This document shows positions 37,470-49,704 of a stretch of 64,000 nucleotides of DNA, piece by piece. Every line of letters begins with the position of its first letter. Positions within the stretch are counted from its first letter, which is position 1. The notes under the pieces were generated by a model. That model was not told the DNA's origin and searched no databases. It was given only the letters and a program-made list of their open reading frames with translations. Source of the stretch: Moniliella sp. 'wahieum' (lineage: Eukaryota); NCBI GenBank assembly GCA_003971905.1, contig RSEE01000029.1:1-64000 (forward strand), written 5' to 3'. The translations under genes were made by a program, and so were the position numbers.

Positions 37470-39189
37470 GACGTGTTGATACCAAGCGGGACGGCTGTTG
37501 CGGTGGCCGCCAATAATCCACGCCGTCGTCGCCCTTGCTGACCGTGCGGCGTCGAGGCGTAGGATTGTTGGGTCGCGCTGCTTGGGGCTGTGGCCGCACT
37601 GCCCTGGGTGCCCATGTGGACGCCGTGCCTGTGCGGCCTATTCCTTTGTCGTTGTCTCGGCAATGCCGTTGGGGCCCCCGTGCCCCCCTTTACTGGGTGT
37701 TTGCAGCCGACCTCTTGCGCCCCCATTCGGCACAGGTTTGCAGATTGTATTTGCCCAGCCGATCAACTCGTCCAGCACGCCAATGGAGACGTAGGCCTGA
37801 AAGCGAACATGCACAGCGTCAGTCCCAGACTCTCAGACAACACACCGCCCACGGATCAGAGCCCCGGAGGTACGTGGCATGTCACATGGACGAGGGAGGA
37901 ACGAGGACCAACAACGCCCCTCTCCCCCAATATAACACAACACAACACGAGATAACGCAACGTACCCGGGCTGTCTCGACGAGCAACCAGACATCAGGCT
38001 GGGCCAACTGCGCCTTCCATCCGCTCGGTACGGACGCGCCCACCAAACGAATCAGTTCCTCCCGCTCCAACGGCGCCGAGCTGCGCACCCGCGGCTCAAT
38101 CTTAAACGTGATCACGTCGGCGCTGGTGGGGGTCCCCTGCCCTGGTGCCTCCGCATGGGCTGCATCGTGGTCGGGCGCTGCATCGGGCGCTGCATTGGAG
38201 ACAGGGCTGGGGAAGCGCGGGGATTGACAGAGGAGCCAGAAAGGGCGGAAGAGCGAACGGGAGTAACCCCTCGGCACGCTTCGGCCGCCAAGCCGCGCAC
38301 GGCCTCGGGTTCGGCACGTACCGTGCCCCCCACAGGCGTGAGACGCAGGACAAAGCGCGAATACGTCTTGCCCTCTTGCAGTGCCGTGTGGAGCACGTGC
38401 TTGGCCAGCCGACGCGGATCGTACTCGGGCGGCGTGGCGATGAAGCCCACTGGGTCATGCGTGCGTCAGTGTCATCCAACATCGCATCGTTACATCGTTG
38501 CATCATTGCATCGTAGCAGGCCACAGAAGGCTCATGGAAGCGGAGGGGTGGGAGGGCTAAAACAGATAGATGGGGAACATACCGCAATCGATGTTGCTCA
38601 AAGGTAAGAGTTCGAGACCGTTGGGTTTGGGTTGGTTTGGTACCCGAGTTGGTTCCCCGCTCTGCACGGAGCTGGGCCAACTCGCGTTCCAGCTCGTCGG
38701 CCTCGTCTCCTTTTTGGGTGGACTCTTCGTTCTGCTTCGGGGCCGGGGCCGAGGAAGGATACACATGCTCAATGGCCTGTTTCCACCCACCATCCCATTG
38801 TTAGATTCTCTTGTTCGGGGTACCTGATTGTGCACCTGTGTCGGGTATAGGGCGTGCAGGCATGGAGGCAAAGGGGAAGGGGAGGGGAGGAGGAAAAGGA
38901 AGACACGACGTACGTGTTGCAAGATCTGGAGCAGGTCCTGTCCCGCCCGCGCCTCCTTGCCCTCGGAGCAGTGTAGTAGATTCCGGGTCGGCCAACCAGC
39001 GACGGAAAGCACGCACGCTTGGAGCTGGCCTTGGCATTGCTGCCGCTCGTCGCGGGGCTTTCCTCTTGCCTGCGGAGCGAATGCGAATGTCAGTGGCCCA
39101 GACAGCAGACACGCGGGGGAAGGAAAAAAGGAGCCCGAACGCGCCCCCACCAGGAGACGGGGGCCGAGGGCGGAAGCCGACCTACCCAT
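37470..39189 (-). CDS. TAN1: THUMP-domain tRNA acetylation adaptor (Tan1/THUMPD1-like)
   Basis: Spliced start MGKRKA (intron 39070-39185). Motifs GKEARAGQDL, ELERELAQLR, SRFVLRLTPV, TFKIEPRVR....LEREELIRLVG, L.QPDVWLLVE and KYNL. Several introns; the 3' end is approximate. Confidence 0.8.
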
Positions 39190-39924
39190 TTGCGGGGGCT
39201 GCAGCCTGCGTTCGCCTCGGTGTTCCGGGCTCGGTGGGCGCAGTCTTGAGCTCAAGTGGCCGCGCCGCATCTTCCTCGCTGCCTCGTCCCGTCCAATCTC
39301 CACTTCCAGACCAAGCCGATCTACGAGGCAAAAAGTTTGGCAGGGCGGAACGGAACGCAAGCCGAGGCGTGACGCTGACGCGTGAACAAAACTTGACGTG
39401 GAGCACTTCCCGTTTACCCCGCTGTCCTTCCACCCCATCTACCCCTGTGGGAGCTGTTGAAGCGCCGCCTTGGCTTCAGCACCCCCACGCCACTCCGTGC
39501 CCTGCCCTGTCAGCCTTGCCTTCTCGTGTCGTGCCCATCCCTCCCTCCATCCATCCATCCAGCCTTTCATGCAACGAGGTAGGGGTGCACACGTTCCACA
39601 ACCACGTGGACCAGGTCCCAGAGCAGGTGCAGGCCCACATGGTCAACGTCAGCAAAAAATGATAAGCGAGCCATTCTATGTCCCTTTCATACACTCTGCC
39701 TTCGGTACTCGATGTGCATATGGGGGCAGGGGGCCGAGGGTGTGCAGCTGTAGCACGGAGAGACACGGCAGTCGTCAGGTGGCAGGCAAAAGGGATGGAA
39801 ACAAGGACCAAACCAACATGCGAATACACTGCACCCCATCCCCAACCACGAGGTCACACCCACAGCACCAAACCACGCACTGGAGATCGAAAGAAGAGAG
39901 CAACAAAACGATCATATATCCACA

Positions 39925-41396
39925 TTATATGGTACTACATTCCCGATCAGGCGCTCGGGGACAAAACGAGGGAGGGCGGGCCTGCGCGCGGACGCGGAGG
40001 TCGTGCGCTAAGCGGATAGGAGGGGGAGAGGGAGGGGGGGTATCAGATGTTTCGTGGTACCTGTTGAGCACAACATGAGGGGTCGAGTGAGAGTCGAATG
40101 AGGGGGCGGCTCGGGTACTGGAAGTAGGTTGATCGGACCATACTTCCACAGTGGTTTGGCAGACGACGGCGAGTTCGGGGTCGTCGGCCTTTTCGGTTTT
40201 TTCCCGTACTGGTGCCTGCACTTCCATTTCCATATCGTCGTACATGGAACGATGAACCGTGGTGATGACGGGGAACTGAGGGTGACTCTTCAAGGGGTCG
40301 GAAGAACCTTGTGAAACCTTCACTTGCGACACTCGTTTCAGCGACACGACCGTCCGTGGGCCCAAGCAGAGCGAAAGAGCGGCGTGAATGGGGAAGATGG
40401 AACCCAAACTGGGTTGTTCTCATGCAGCGTCATATACGCCGAGTAGATAATGTTGAATACCTCAAGGATGATGGCGACCAGGAAGAAGATCCATTGGTCG
40501 GTAAGGAACTGGCGCGTGACGGCCGAAAGGGCACGGATCCGAAATCCACCCCGTTTCACAGGCTTGGTTTGGGCGCGGGGCGAAGCAGGAGCTAGGTTGG
40601 GCTGCGCTCGCTCGGTAAACGCAATGATGGTTGTCACCAAAAAACTCATGTCCAGCAAAACGTCCCTGCGTACGTGACAATGCCAAGAGGAACGTTGGCA
40701 TCGGGGGCCGCACACTGAAACCAATTGAATAATTGTCGGGCCAGCGCATGGGCAACCTGCAAAGATGCCACAATCAGCGTGACCATGTAGGCGTGGTCGG
40801 GGTGGGGAGGGGTTAGGATACGTACTCTTTCTGATGTACCAATGCACCAAATGCGATCCAAGCACCCAAGAGACAAAAGAGGGAGATGCTCCAAATGTGC
40901 GCAAGGGCAGTGCGGGTAGTAGTTGGAATAGAAATGCACGAGAGACTGCGGACCCCAAACAGGCTTTGGCAGGCAACGGAGGCGCCCATCATGATGGTGT
41001 AGGCGCGGGAGTACGCTTGGCATTGAGTAGAGGTGTAATAGGATGCAAGCATGAGCCCTACAATGGGAAGCGCCAGCAGTCGAATCACCAGGAGCAGGAC
41101 ACTAACCAGGGCAGGGGCACGGTGCCGCTTGCGCCCATTGGGAAGAAACGGGCCAAGCACACGGATCGTTCGGGGTAAAAGACGTATTTTGTCGCCTGGA
41201 AGACTGACAACCATTCCCACAGGATCACGCCTCTGCGCTGGAGGGGTCAGTTTAGCTCTCCTCTCCACCAGGCAAGAGAAACGGATATATATGTGCTAAC
41301 AATGATGAGCACAGGCAAGGAGAGGACGAGACGTACGAAAGAACGAGGGAGACCGCGAGCGCGGCGGAAGATTGTCGAGAGAAGACATCCTGTCAT
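39925..41396 (-). CDS. Multi-pass integral membrane protein of unknown function with Ser/Pro-rich cytoplasmic tail
   Basis: Successive hydrophobic segments (VSVLLLVIRLLALPIVGLML, IWSISLFCLLGAWIAFGAL, LLDMSFLVTTIIAF, QFLTDQWIFFLVAIILEVFNIIY) are typical of basidiomycete 6-7TM proteins. Boundaries are uncertain. Confidence 0.6.
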
Positions 41397-44159
41397 GGAA
41401 GGAGGGATTGAGTGTTGAGGTGGAACCGGCGGAGGAGGAGGAAGCTGAGGCAGCAAACGCGGCGCCCAGCGCGTGCGGGGCATGTTGGCAAACAAAAGTA
41501 GGGGTTGGGGGTGGGAGAAACGGAAAGATGACGCGGTGGAAGAGAGGTGATGGAGAGTGAAGTAGTGAGGGAAACGGCCAGGGGCTGCTGCGAAAAGGCG
41601 ATAGGAGGGGGACAGTTGGGCGCGAAAGCGGCTGTGTCGTGGATGGTGGGATGGATGAGGGTGAGGATGAGGATCAAGAGAAAGACGAAGGCGAGGATGC
41701 AAATGGGATGCTGCGACGGGGCATATTGCATGGCTACTATACCGCGTGGTTCCCAGAGCTACTAGGACATCGTCAGGGTCTCGCGATAGGATGATACTTG
41801 TCCCTCCGCCCATTCGCTACTGGTGTACATATTTGTGTGTACACCAAGCTGTCCTCTGGTGTTGGCATCAATGTGGCATGCATGACGTGCATGACGTGGG
41901 GGCGACGCAGTGCGATGATGATTAATGCGACGCCTGACGAGCCACTGCAGTGCGTATACGCCAAGAGAAGTAATAGGGAAGACCCTGAGGCCTGAGGCTC
42001 AGGCTGACTGAGGCTTCACTTGATCGAGATCGCTTGATGCCCCTGGCCTGTGAGGCGAGTCAGCGCTCCCCCCCCCAGTGCCTTATTCGACTTAGCGCCT
42101 TAGCGTTTAACGTTAACGTCTTTAACCGAGGGCGCGTGGGCGTAAAGGATTGGAGGCGAGTGCGATGAGTATGTTGGTGCATGGCACTGCCGAACCGCTG
42201 AACAACGCTGAAGCTGAACGTAGCGCGGGTAGCTGAAGATGGTAACGCAATCTGAGATCTGAGATCGATGAAGTGATGGATGCGATGCCTGATGGAGCGT
42301 TTGACGATCAGCGTTCGACGTGTCCGCTTAACGTACTTGACGTTTAACGTTAACGTCACGAGATGAACGCACGCAGAGACTGTTTTCGTCTTCCGTCGGA
42401 ACGGGCACCGACACTCAAAAGCCCCAGATACAGGCAAAGGAGCCACCTAGCCTGATCGATGATCTGATCCACCTCAGGCTTCCTCGAGCGCCTTCCACGC
42501 GATTGGCTAGCAGCGACTCGCGAGAAGCATGGGTGGACATTCGCCTGTACGTTAAGCTTGAAGCTTGAAGTACGTCGAAAGTATGTTAATCGATAATCGT
42601 TAACGTTAATCGTTGATCATCTGCATAGCGAGTTGTGCTTGAGTGCGTGCGAGGACGTCAGTATATGTACGTCAGTACTGAGTGAGAGTACTCAGTCTGA
42701 GTACTCAGAGAGTCCCTTTCACGGACTAGGAATACAACCCTTGTGGCAACGATGGATGATGGGCGTGGATATAAATGGTTGATGAAGCAAAGCCTGCTGA
42801 AGCTTGGAGGTTGGAGCCACATGTACTCGCTTGTTTCTGTTCCCACATGGAAACTTCCAGCGTCTGCTCGGCTTACGCTGACCGCTGAACCTCAGCTGAG
42901 CCTGCACCACGTGACACCCGTCTTGCTGCTACATGTGGCAAGGGGAGCGCCTAGTTCGATCAATTGTCGGTGAGCCGGTGACGACGACCTGTCATTAAAT
43001 CGGTTATCGATCCGATTATGGATCCGATTATCGGTTGTCGGTAACCGGTGACCGGGACCCCGACAGAGCCAGACGGGGCTTGCCGCTTGGGGTCACGCGG
43101 TCGGATACACGGGGGAAGGTGGTGCATTCCTATGAGGCATGCGGATCATAGTCAAAAGGGAGGCACATTTTTCCACGCCTCCAGGACCACACTACCACGA
43201 AGAGGCGGCATACCGCACGGATTCCAGTGCATACCACACCTCCGGAGACAGAGGCCGGCTGTATAGTGTTGGTCTGGGACATGTTCAGTCTGCCTGAGGG
43301 CTTGAGACCTCAGTCTAGGAGCACCAGCGAGCGCTCAGCGTCGCAAGTCAAGCATTAGGCATTACCTCATTACCCCTCTCAACCTCTGAGATCTGAACGA
43401 GCGCGCTCAGATCCCAGGCTGGCGACTGCCACGGTTGTGATCCTGGCCGAATCCCTCGAAACAAGTCCGCTGGCAGCCTGGTCCCAGTATGCAAGCACAA
43501 CACCGAGACTTGGAAGGAGAGAGCAGGTCGAGCTGGGGCGAAAGCAGAGAGGTGTAGCTTGGCAAGTAACAACAAGAGAGGAAATGGGCTCGACGGAGGC
43601 CACGAAAGAGCACGCGTTACGGCACGCTTCCGATGCGGACTGAGTATACTGACTGAAAACATGTGGTCCTCCTCTCCTCCCTAATACTGGGACAGAGATG
43701 TGGCACGTGGGTGTGATCACGACTCAGTCTCTGGTCCCTGTCACATGTTAAGCTTCAAGTCTCCGAAGACTCGCCTGGAGCGAATGCGATTTCCCGCTAC
43801 CCCCCCCCTCGGTCAAAGAGAGCGCGAGGGCACCACTGCAGTCATCCTGGGGTAGCTAAACCAGCCTGCAACTATCGTTACTTTAGCCTCTAGTTCCTGG
43901 TGGGGACAACTTCTGACTTTGGGCCTTAGGCTTATAGTATACGCCATACCATCGACACAGAGCAAGCATATGTCTTTCTGTTTTGCAGCATTGAAGACGG
44001 TTTGGGCTCTGGAGAAGCGTTCAGCGCGTTGAGCCTGCAATAGAGTGCCCTATGGCGATCCTGGATCACATGGACTTTTGGTTATGACGCCCACGCCCAC
44101 GCCGGCTCTCGCCTCCCCTGACACGAACGGGAGATGATTATCGCTCACATGGTCATATG

Positions 44160-45818
44160 TCACAGTGCAACTTGACCCTCGAGGTGGCCATGCGGGTGGT
44201 AGTCCGCCTCGTCTTGCGCATGGTCACCCGAAAGAGACTCCAAAAGCTGTGCAGCGTCCATGCCGACTTTGAGGTCCTCGTCGGTCGCCAGCACCTCCAG
44301 GCCGGGCACCTGGTCAATCAGCACCATAAACAGTAGGTCGCGCCAAATGCCCAGGTGGCTCCGACGCATGCCTCGACGAATTGGATGACGAGTTGGACAG
44401 TGTGACCATCGTACAACACCCCGCCCGCGATCACTGTCTCGCCATCCCAACTGGCCACCTCCTTGCTGGCAAATACACCCGTCAACAAGGGGCTACCACG
44501 CCGCCAAACGCATGTGTCGCAAACACATCTGCCGGGTCCACCCATCGCACCGACTGCGCATGCCCCAGAACTTGTACCGAAGCATTTGGCGGATCAAACA
44601 CGTTCCCAGCACCCCAACAGGACCGCATCCGTCACCCCCACAACCCTCCCGCCGGCGTGATCATCACCAAGCCAGACATCATCCCCAGCATCGCCGCGTC
44701 CAGCGACCAGCGTTTCTCCTCCATGTCTGTCACGCATATGTCAGTCTTTCTTGTTCGAGCCTCGCACCTCGGTGGCCTGGCGAACGGAGACGGTAGGTCG
44801 AGAGGGGGGAGGGGAAAATACAAGTCCACAGTGCCCATGTCACGCTCCCTGAGGCAGCGGCAAAATTGGTCACAACAAAGGCCATGACCGCTTTGAAGTT
44901 GAGCGCGAGTGCGGTGCCCGATTCAAAGGGCAGCCAGCAGGACCAGATAAGAATCATGCCAAGCAACATCCATTGGATGTTGTGGGGCTTGTGCAGCTGG
45001 AGGTGGGCTGGGGTACGAGTGGAGCTTTTCTTGCTCCGTCCGATCGGATGGGATAGATACACTGAGATGGCAGTCGCACTGGCTCCGGACAGAATGTGCA
45101 CCACGGTACCCCCCGCAAAATCGTACACGCCCAACCGAGCGAGCAGGCCTTGCTCGGTCCACACCATATGTGCCAAGGGGCAATAGACGAACGTGGTCCA
45201 GAGCAGCACAGAGGCACGAGGGCAATCAGCCGGATCCGCTCCGTCCCGCCCCCCATGCTCATCGCAGCCACCGTGGCACAGAACAGGAGCTGGAAAAAAG
45301 AAAAGAGTACAGCGGGGATGGTACCAACGGGCTCGGAGAGTACCCGCGATGAACAGGTACTTCAAGTCGCCGATCAGCGCGTTGCCCTCAGAAAAGGCAA
45401 GGGAGTAGCCCCATCCCCACCCTTCAGAGGCGAAGTGTCAGTGTTGGGGACAAGGCAACACCAGGGGACGTACATTGCAGCGAGGTGAGGGCGAGTGCGA
45501 TCAAGGAAGGAAGGTAGCTGGCCAGGCCGTTGCGGCGGACAGAATAGCCGCTGTAGGCCATACCGATGGCTGGGATAACGAGCCAGCAGGTGGCTGATCA
45601 CAGATTCAGCAGTCAGGGGTCCGTGGCAGCCATCCACACGCTCGCCAGGCGCTGCACAAGCGCAAGCGCACGCAGACGCGAAAAGTAGCCAGGGGACGTA
45701 CCAGCGCAGAACATGACAAAGAGCGTATCAGTCTTGTTGCATGCCTCCCACATGTCCAGCACCGCGTTCCCGTCGCGGCCACCGTGGTGCCGTTGGCTGC
45801 CAGCGTGGCCATCGTCAT
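44160..45818 (-). CDS. Ammonium transporter (Amt/Mep family), divergent subtype
   Basis: Motifs VYCPLAHMVW, DFAGGTVVHILSG, KPHN, GLVMITPAGG, DPADVFATHAFGG and LLTGVFAS. Several introns and frameshifts. Confidence 0.93.
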
Positions 45819-46395
45819 ATTCGTGCCGTGGTGGTGTGGATGGAGGGAGGGAGGGGGCGCATTGATCTTTTTGGACCGAGAAGGAACCCCGCCGGGTTGC
45901 TTAACGCAAAGTCCAAAAAGCGCCCAATCAAACCTAGATAAACGAACCGGATTCATTCGCCAGGGTCGATCAGCGATGGATCATCGCAATCGACAATCGA
46001 TAGCCTGGCTCATTAATCAGGACAATCGACCGATGACTTGGCTCGCCACTGTCTGCTCAGGCCCAGCTGAGCGCGCTAAGCGCGCAAGCCGCCCCGGCTG
46101 CCGCTCAATTCCAAGTCGATCAAGCACTTCGCTACACGATCTATCCAGGGGCCAGCCCCCATCCCGTCGTCTGCACGCCCAACTCGTTCCTGTGTCCCAC
46201 GGGGTCCCCCATCGCAACGACTGGACGAACTGGATTCCATTTCCTTGAGGGCATCGACCTGACCGCCCAGTTGTGCACTGTGGTTCTATCATCTGCTCCA
46301 AATGGGATCGCTGGGATCGGTGTATAGGATGGGGCAGATACATGGCGCCGCGTCTGGACCGTCTTCGTCCGTCCGTCTTTGTCCTAGTCGCAGTC

Positions 46396-48053
46396 TTACT
46401 CGGCCCCCACCGTCGCGCGCAGCAGCTGGGTCAACACGTGAGCCTCATCGGCTCCACCGTGCCGCCTCCCCTGCCGCCCGCAGCAACCAGTTTGCCCTGC
46501 CACCGTCCCTTCCCCCCGCCCTTGACCCGCTGCCCAGCTCCGAAGCACGCAGCCGGTCCGCAGCGGCAGCCACCAGACTTTCCCCGGCGGTGGGCATCTT
46601 GGTCTTTTTGCCCTTGCCATCCTCGCGCCCGAAGGAGAGAGAGGAGACAGACCCATCAGGACCAGGGTGGCACTTGCGTTGGATTGGGCCAGGGGAAGGT
46701 GTGGCGCGGTAGGGCCGCTTCGAAGGGCAAGGAGGAGCGGAGGCAACGCCCCACCTTGTTCGTACGCCGCACTTACTTCTTTCCCTACTGCCGCCAGCAG
46801 CTCAGCATCCGCATCGGAACGGTACACTTCGATCGCTACAGCTGTTGGCCCACGGAAGCAAGTGATGCTGGCGGCGCCGTCGAGCGCGGCTTTGCGAGTA
46901 GCAAAGTAGTTGGAATCACCTCCGAGGGGGGCACGGGACGGAGGGGAGGGAGCGAGGTGGGAAACGATTTGTTCGGCCAAGTCCACTGCTACTTCTTCGC
47001 GCAACCGAGCTTCGCGTTTCCGCAGCGCCCGTTCACGCTGCAACAGTGCTTCGAGCCGCGCGGGCGCTTCGGTGCGCGAGGCATCCAGCATCCGTGCCAG
47101 TTCCGTAGCTGTGTTGAAGGCAGGAATCAGGTTCTGCACCGCCCGCTCTCCCACCGCAAAGTAGAGACGCACATTGGTCCCGCGTACCTTGGTGGTGGTG
47201 GGCAGGATGTGAATCAAGCGCAGAGGCGCCAGGGACGGCCAATGGGTTCCACAGCATGGGTTGGGGGCTAAGCCTTCGAGCGTGACGGTGCGCACGACGC
47301 CTTCCTCGTTCAGATGGGTACCAGCTAATCTTCTGGCAACTTTTCGGGACGCGGCACGGCGTGCATCGCTGCCACCTCCACTTGGACCGATCGGTTGCCA
47401 CTGATACTCTGCCTGATACGCTCCGAGACCAGCGCTAGCTCCGCCTCGGTCGGAGCGCGAGGCAGCTCGACATAGCATGGCTGAGGGTACGTGGTCAATG
47501 ACCACGCGAGCGTAGGGATGGGTGTTGGCAGTTGCTCCAACAGATCCGAGAGGAGATGTTGGCCCGTATGCTGGTCCATATGGTCCGTTCGCCGGTCCCA
47601 GTCGACGGTGAGCTGTACCTGGGCACCCTTGGTGAGGTAGACCTCCTCTCCCTTTGGCACACGCACAACATGGATAGCGTCCAGGCCAAGGCGAACGGCG
47701 TCTACGACGGGCCACTGATGTTCCCCGATCCGCAGCGTGCCGCGGTCCGACGGCTGTCCCCCGCCCTCGGGGAACAGAACGGTATCGGCCAAAAGAACGT
47801 GGTAGGTGGCTGCATCATCCTCCTGCTTAGGCTTCTCGGGGAGGGCAGAAGCCTTGCCCTTCTGCCAGGCTTGGAGGGCAACTGGGGAGCCAGACGCGCG
47901 TCGACAAGCGTCGTGTCCATCGTCTGTTGCAGCGGATCACTGGCACCGGAGCAAGCCCACAGGACGCGAGGCAGTGCGGCTGCCAATCGTCGCTAGAAGG
48001 TTGGCATCGTCGCGCAAGTAGCCGATGGGCGTGGCGGTCTGGGTAGCGAGCAT
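46396..48053 (-). CDS. Free-standing alanyl-tRNA editing protein (AlaXp/Aarsd1-like)
   Basis: DTVLFPEGGGQPSDRG, VDWDRRTDHMDQHTGQHLLS (HxxxH), NPCCGTH (CxxxH), RLYFAVGERA and a C-terminal GGGRGRWQGK. Confidence 0.92.
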
Positions 48054-48689
48054 GGCACAGATCAAGCTTCCAAGCCGATGGTGGCGGGCGACTTTGCTCG
48101 CCAGACGAAGGCGCTGGCCTGCGCGCATATCTTAAGTCCGCTGGAGGCTAATAGTCCTGTCGTTCTAGTGAAATGTGTAGTGACTATTGAGTCACAGCAC
48201 TCATCGGATGCCATCCAACTTTCAATCGAACCAATCATGAATCAACAATCAAGCATCGGACATTGTCATTCGCCATTCTTCTGGGTTCTATCCGTCCCCC
48301 AAGAGGCAGTGGGTCAGACACGACAGACCGTCTGCTTCTTGCTCCGGTCCACTCCTCCTTGCCTCTGGAGACATGGAATTTGAGGTAACCGTGTTCCCTT
48401 GCTGACGGAGAGGCGGAGACCTGCGGAGATCCATCGGATGATGAGGATGGACGAACAGAGCCTCTTGTTCAGTCTCTTATTCTGATTAGCAATGTGCCTT
48501 CAATATTTACTGACGTAGCGTTCCCCCTGTCCCAGCCTTCTTTGCCAATGAAATGGACGTTTACTAAGCTTCGTTCCGATTCGGACTACGAGATACTGGC
48601 TGTGGAAGACTGGCGAAACCTCACTGTGAAGGACAGAAGGCCGTCGGAATGAAAATGAAGAATGCGTGTGTGTCACCGAATGACTAAGC

Positions 48690-48890
48690 TCGCTCCAATT
48701 TCCAATTCCGCATCCTGTGTCTCTTGCTCTTCCCTTCCCTTTTGCTTCTGTTCTCTGCCTGATGCCTTCTGTTTCCTCCACGAACGATCTTGCCTTTCCC
48801 CCCGCCTCTGACAGGACCTTGGTCTCCCTCGTTTAGCCCCGACTGTTACAGTGTGGAAGAATTGTGCTAGGGTGGGTAGCTTCACATCAG
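48690..48890 (+). repeat. Dispersed repeat, copy 1 (copy 2 at ~57335-57605)
   Basis: Shared blocks GCTCCAATT, GTCTCTTGCTC.TCCCTT.CCTTTTGCTTCTGTTCTCT, GAACGATCTT, GACCTTG.TCTCCCTCGTTTA, CCGACTG.TAC and GCTTCACATC. Confidence 0.8.
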
Positions 48891-48934
48891 TTTCCGGGAG
48901 GAGTTGGGACCAAGAGACCGCGGAAACAACAACT

Positions 48935-49020
48935 GCCTCGCTATTTCAATCGGTAGAATTTGAGACTCTTACTGCGAGAGGTCCATCTCACGGTTGTGGG
49001 TTCGAGTCCCACGTGGGGCG
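48935..49020 (+). tRNA. tRNA-Lys(CUU) with 13-nt intron (48972-48984)
   Basis: Acceptor GCCTCGC/GTGGGGC, anticodon arm TGAGA-CT-CTT-A[intron]A-TCTCA, T arm GTGGG-TTCGAGT-CCCAC, followed by a T7 Pol III terminator. Confidence 0.95.
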
Positions 49021-49056
49021 CTTTTTTTGGAATTTTGGTTGGGTGGTCAGTCCAAT

Positions 49057-49421
49057 CCTCTTTCCTCCTCTTTCCTCTTTCTCTTTTCCTCTTCCTCTTT
49101 CCTCTTTCCTCTTTCCTCTCTTTCCTCTTTCCTCTTTCCCTCTTTCCTCTTTCCTCTTTCCTCTTTCCTCTTTCCTCTTTCCTCTTTCCTCTTTCCTCTT
49201 TCCTCTTTCCTCTTTTCCTCTTTCCTCTTTCCTCTTTCCTCTTTCTCTTTCCTCTTTCCTCTTTCCTCTTTCCTCTTCCTCTTTCCTCTTTCCTCTTTCC
49301 TCTTCCTCTTCCTCTTCCTCTTCCTCTTCCTCTTCCTCTTCCTCTTCCTCTTCCTCTTCCTCTTCCTCTTCCTCTCCCTTCCTCTTCCTCTTTCCTCTTC
49401 CTCTTCCTCTTCCTCTTCCTC
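49057..49421. repeat. Pure polypyrimidine tract (TTTCCTC)n then (TTCCTC)n
   Basis: ~365 bp containing only C and T. Confidence 0.97.
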
Positions 49422-49704
49422 CCACCCACCCACACCCACCCCATCACTCATCAACTCACTCGTGCATCGTATTACATACGTATCCTGTGTATCCACAACA
49501 GTTGCCGCTCTTGCATCCTTCATCCTTCGTGCTTCGTCCTGCGCGCCTCACTCGCCTCGGTCGTCACCAGAACCAGATCCGACGGCCAGGGGCTCGGGTG
49601 TGCGTACTCGGTCTGCCTACTGGCTCCCTGGTACTCGGTCCGTGGTACTGGGTACTGGGTCCCCGGGCACGGGCCCCGCAGTGCGAGTGCGCACACTTGA
49701 ATAT

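Noticed and set aside
46396..49020. Functional link between AlaX and the adjacent tRNA-Lys
   Set aside because: The tRNA has no G3:U70 alanine identity pair, and adjacency alone is not evidence.
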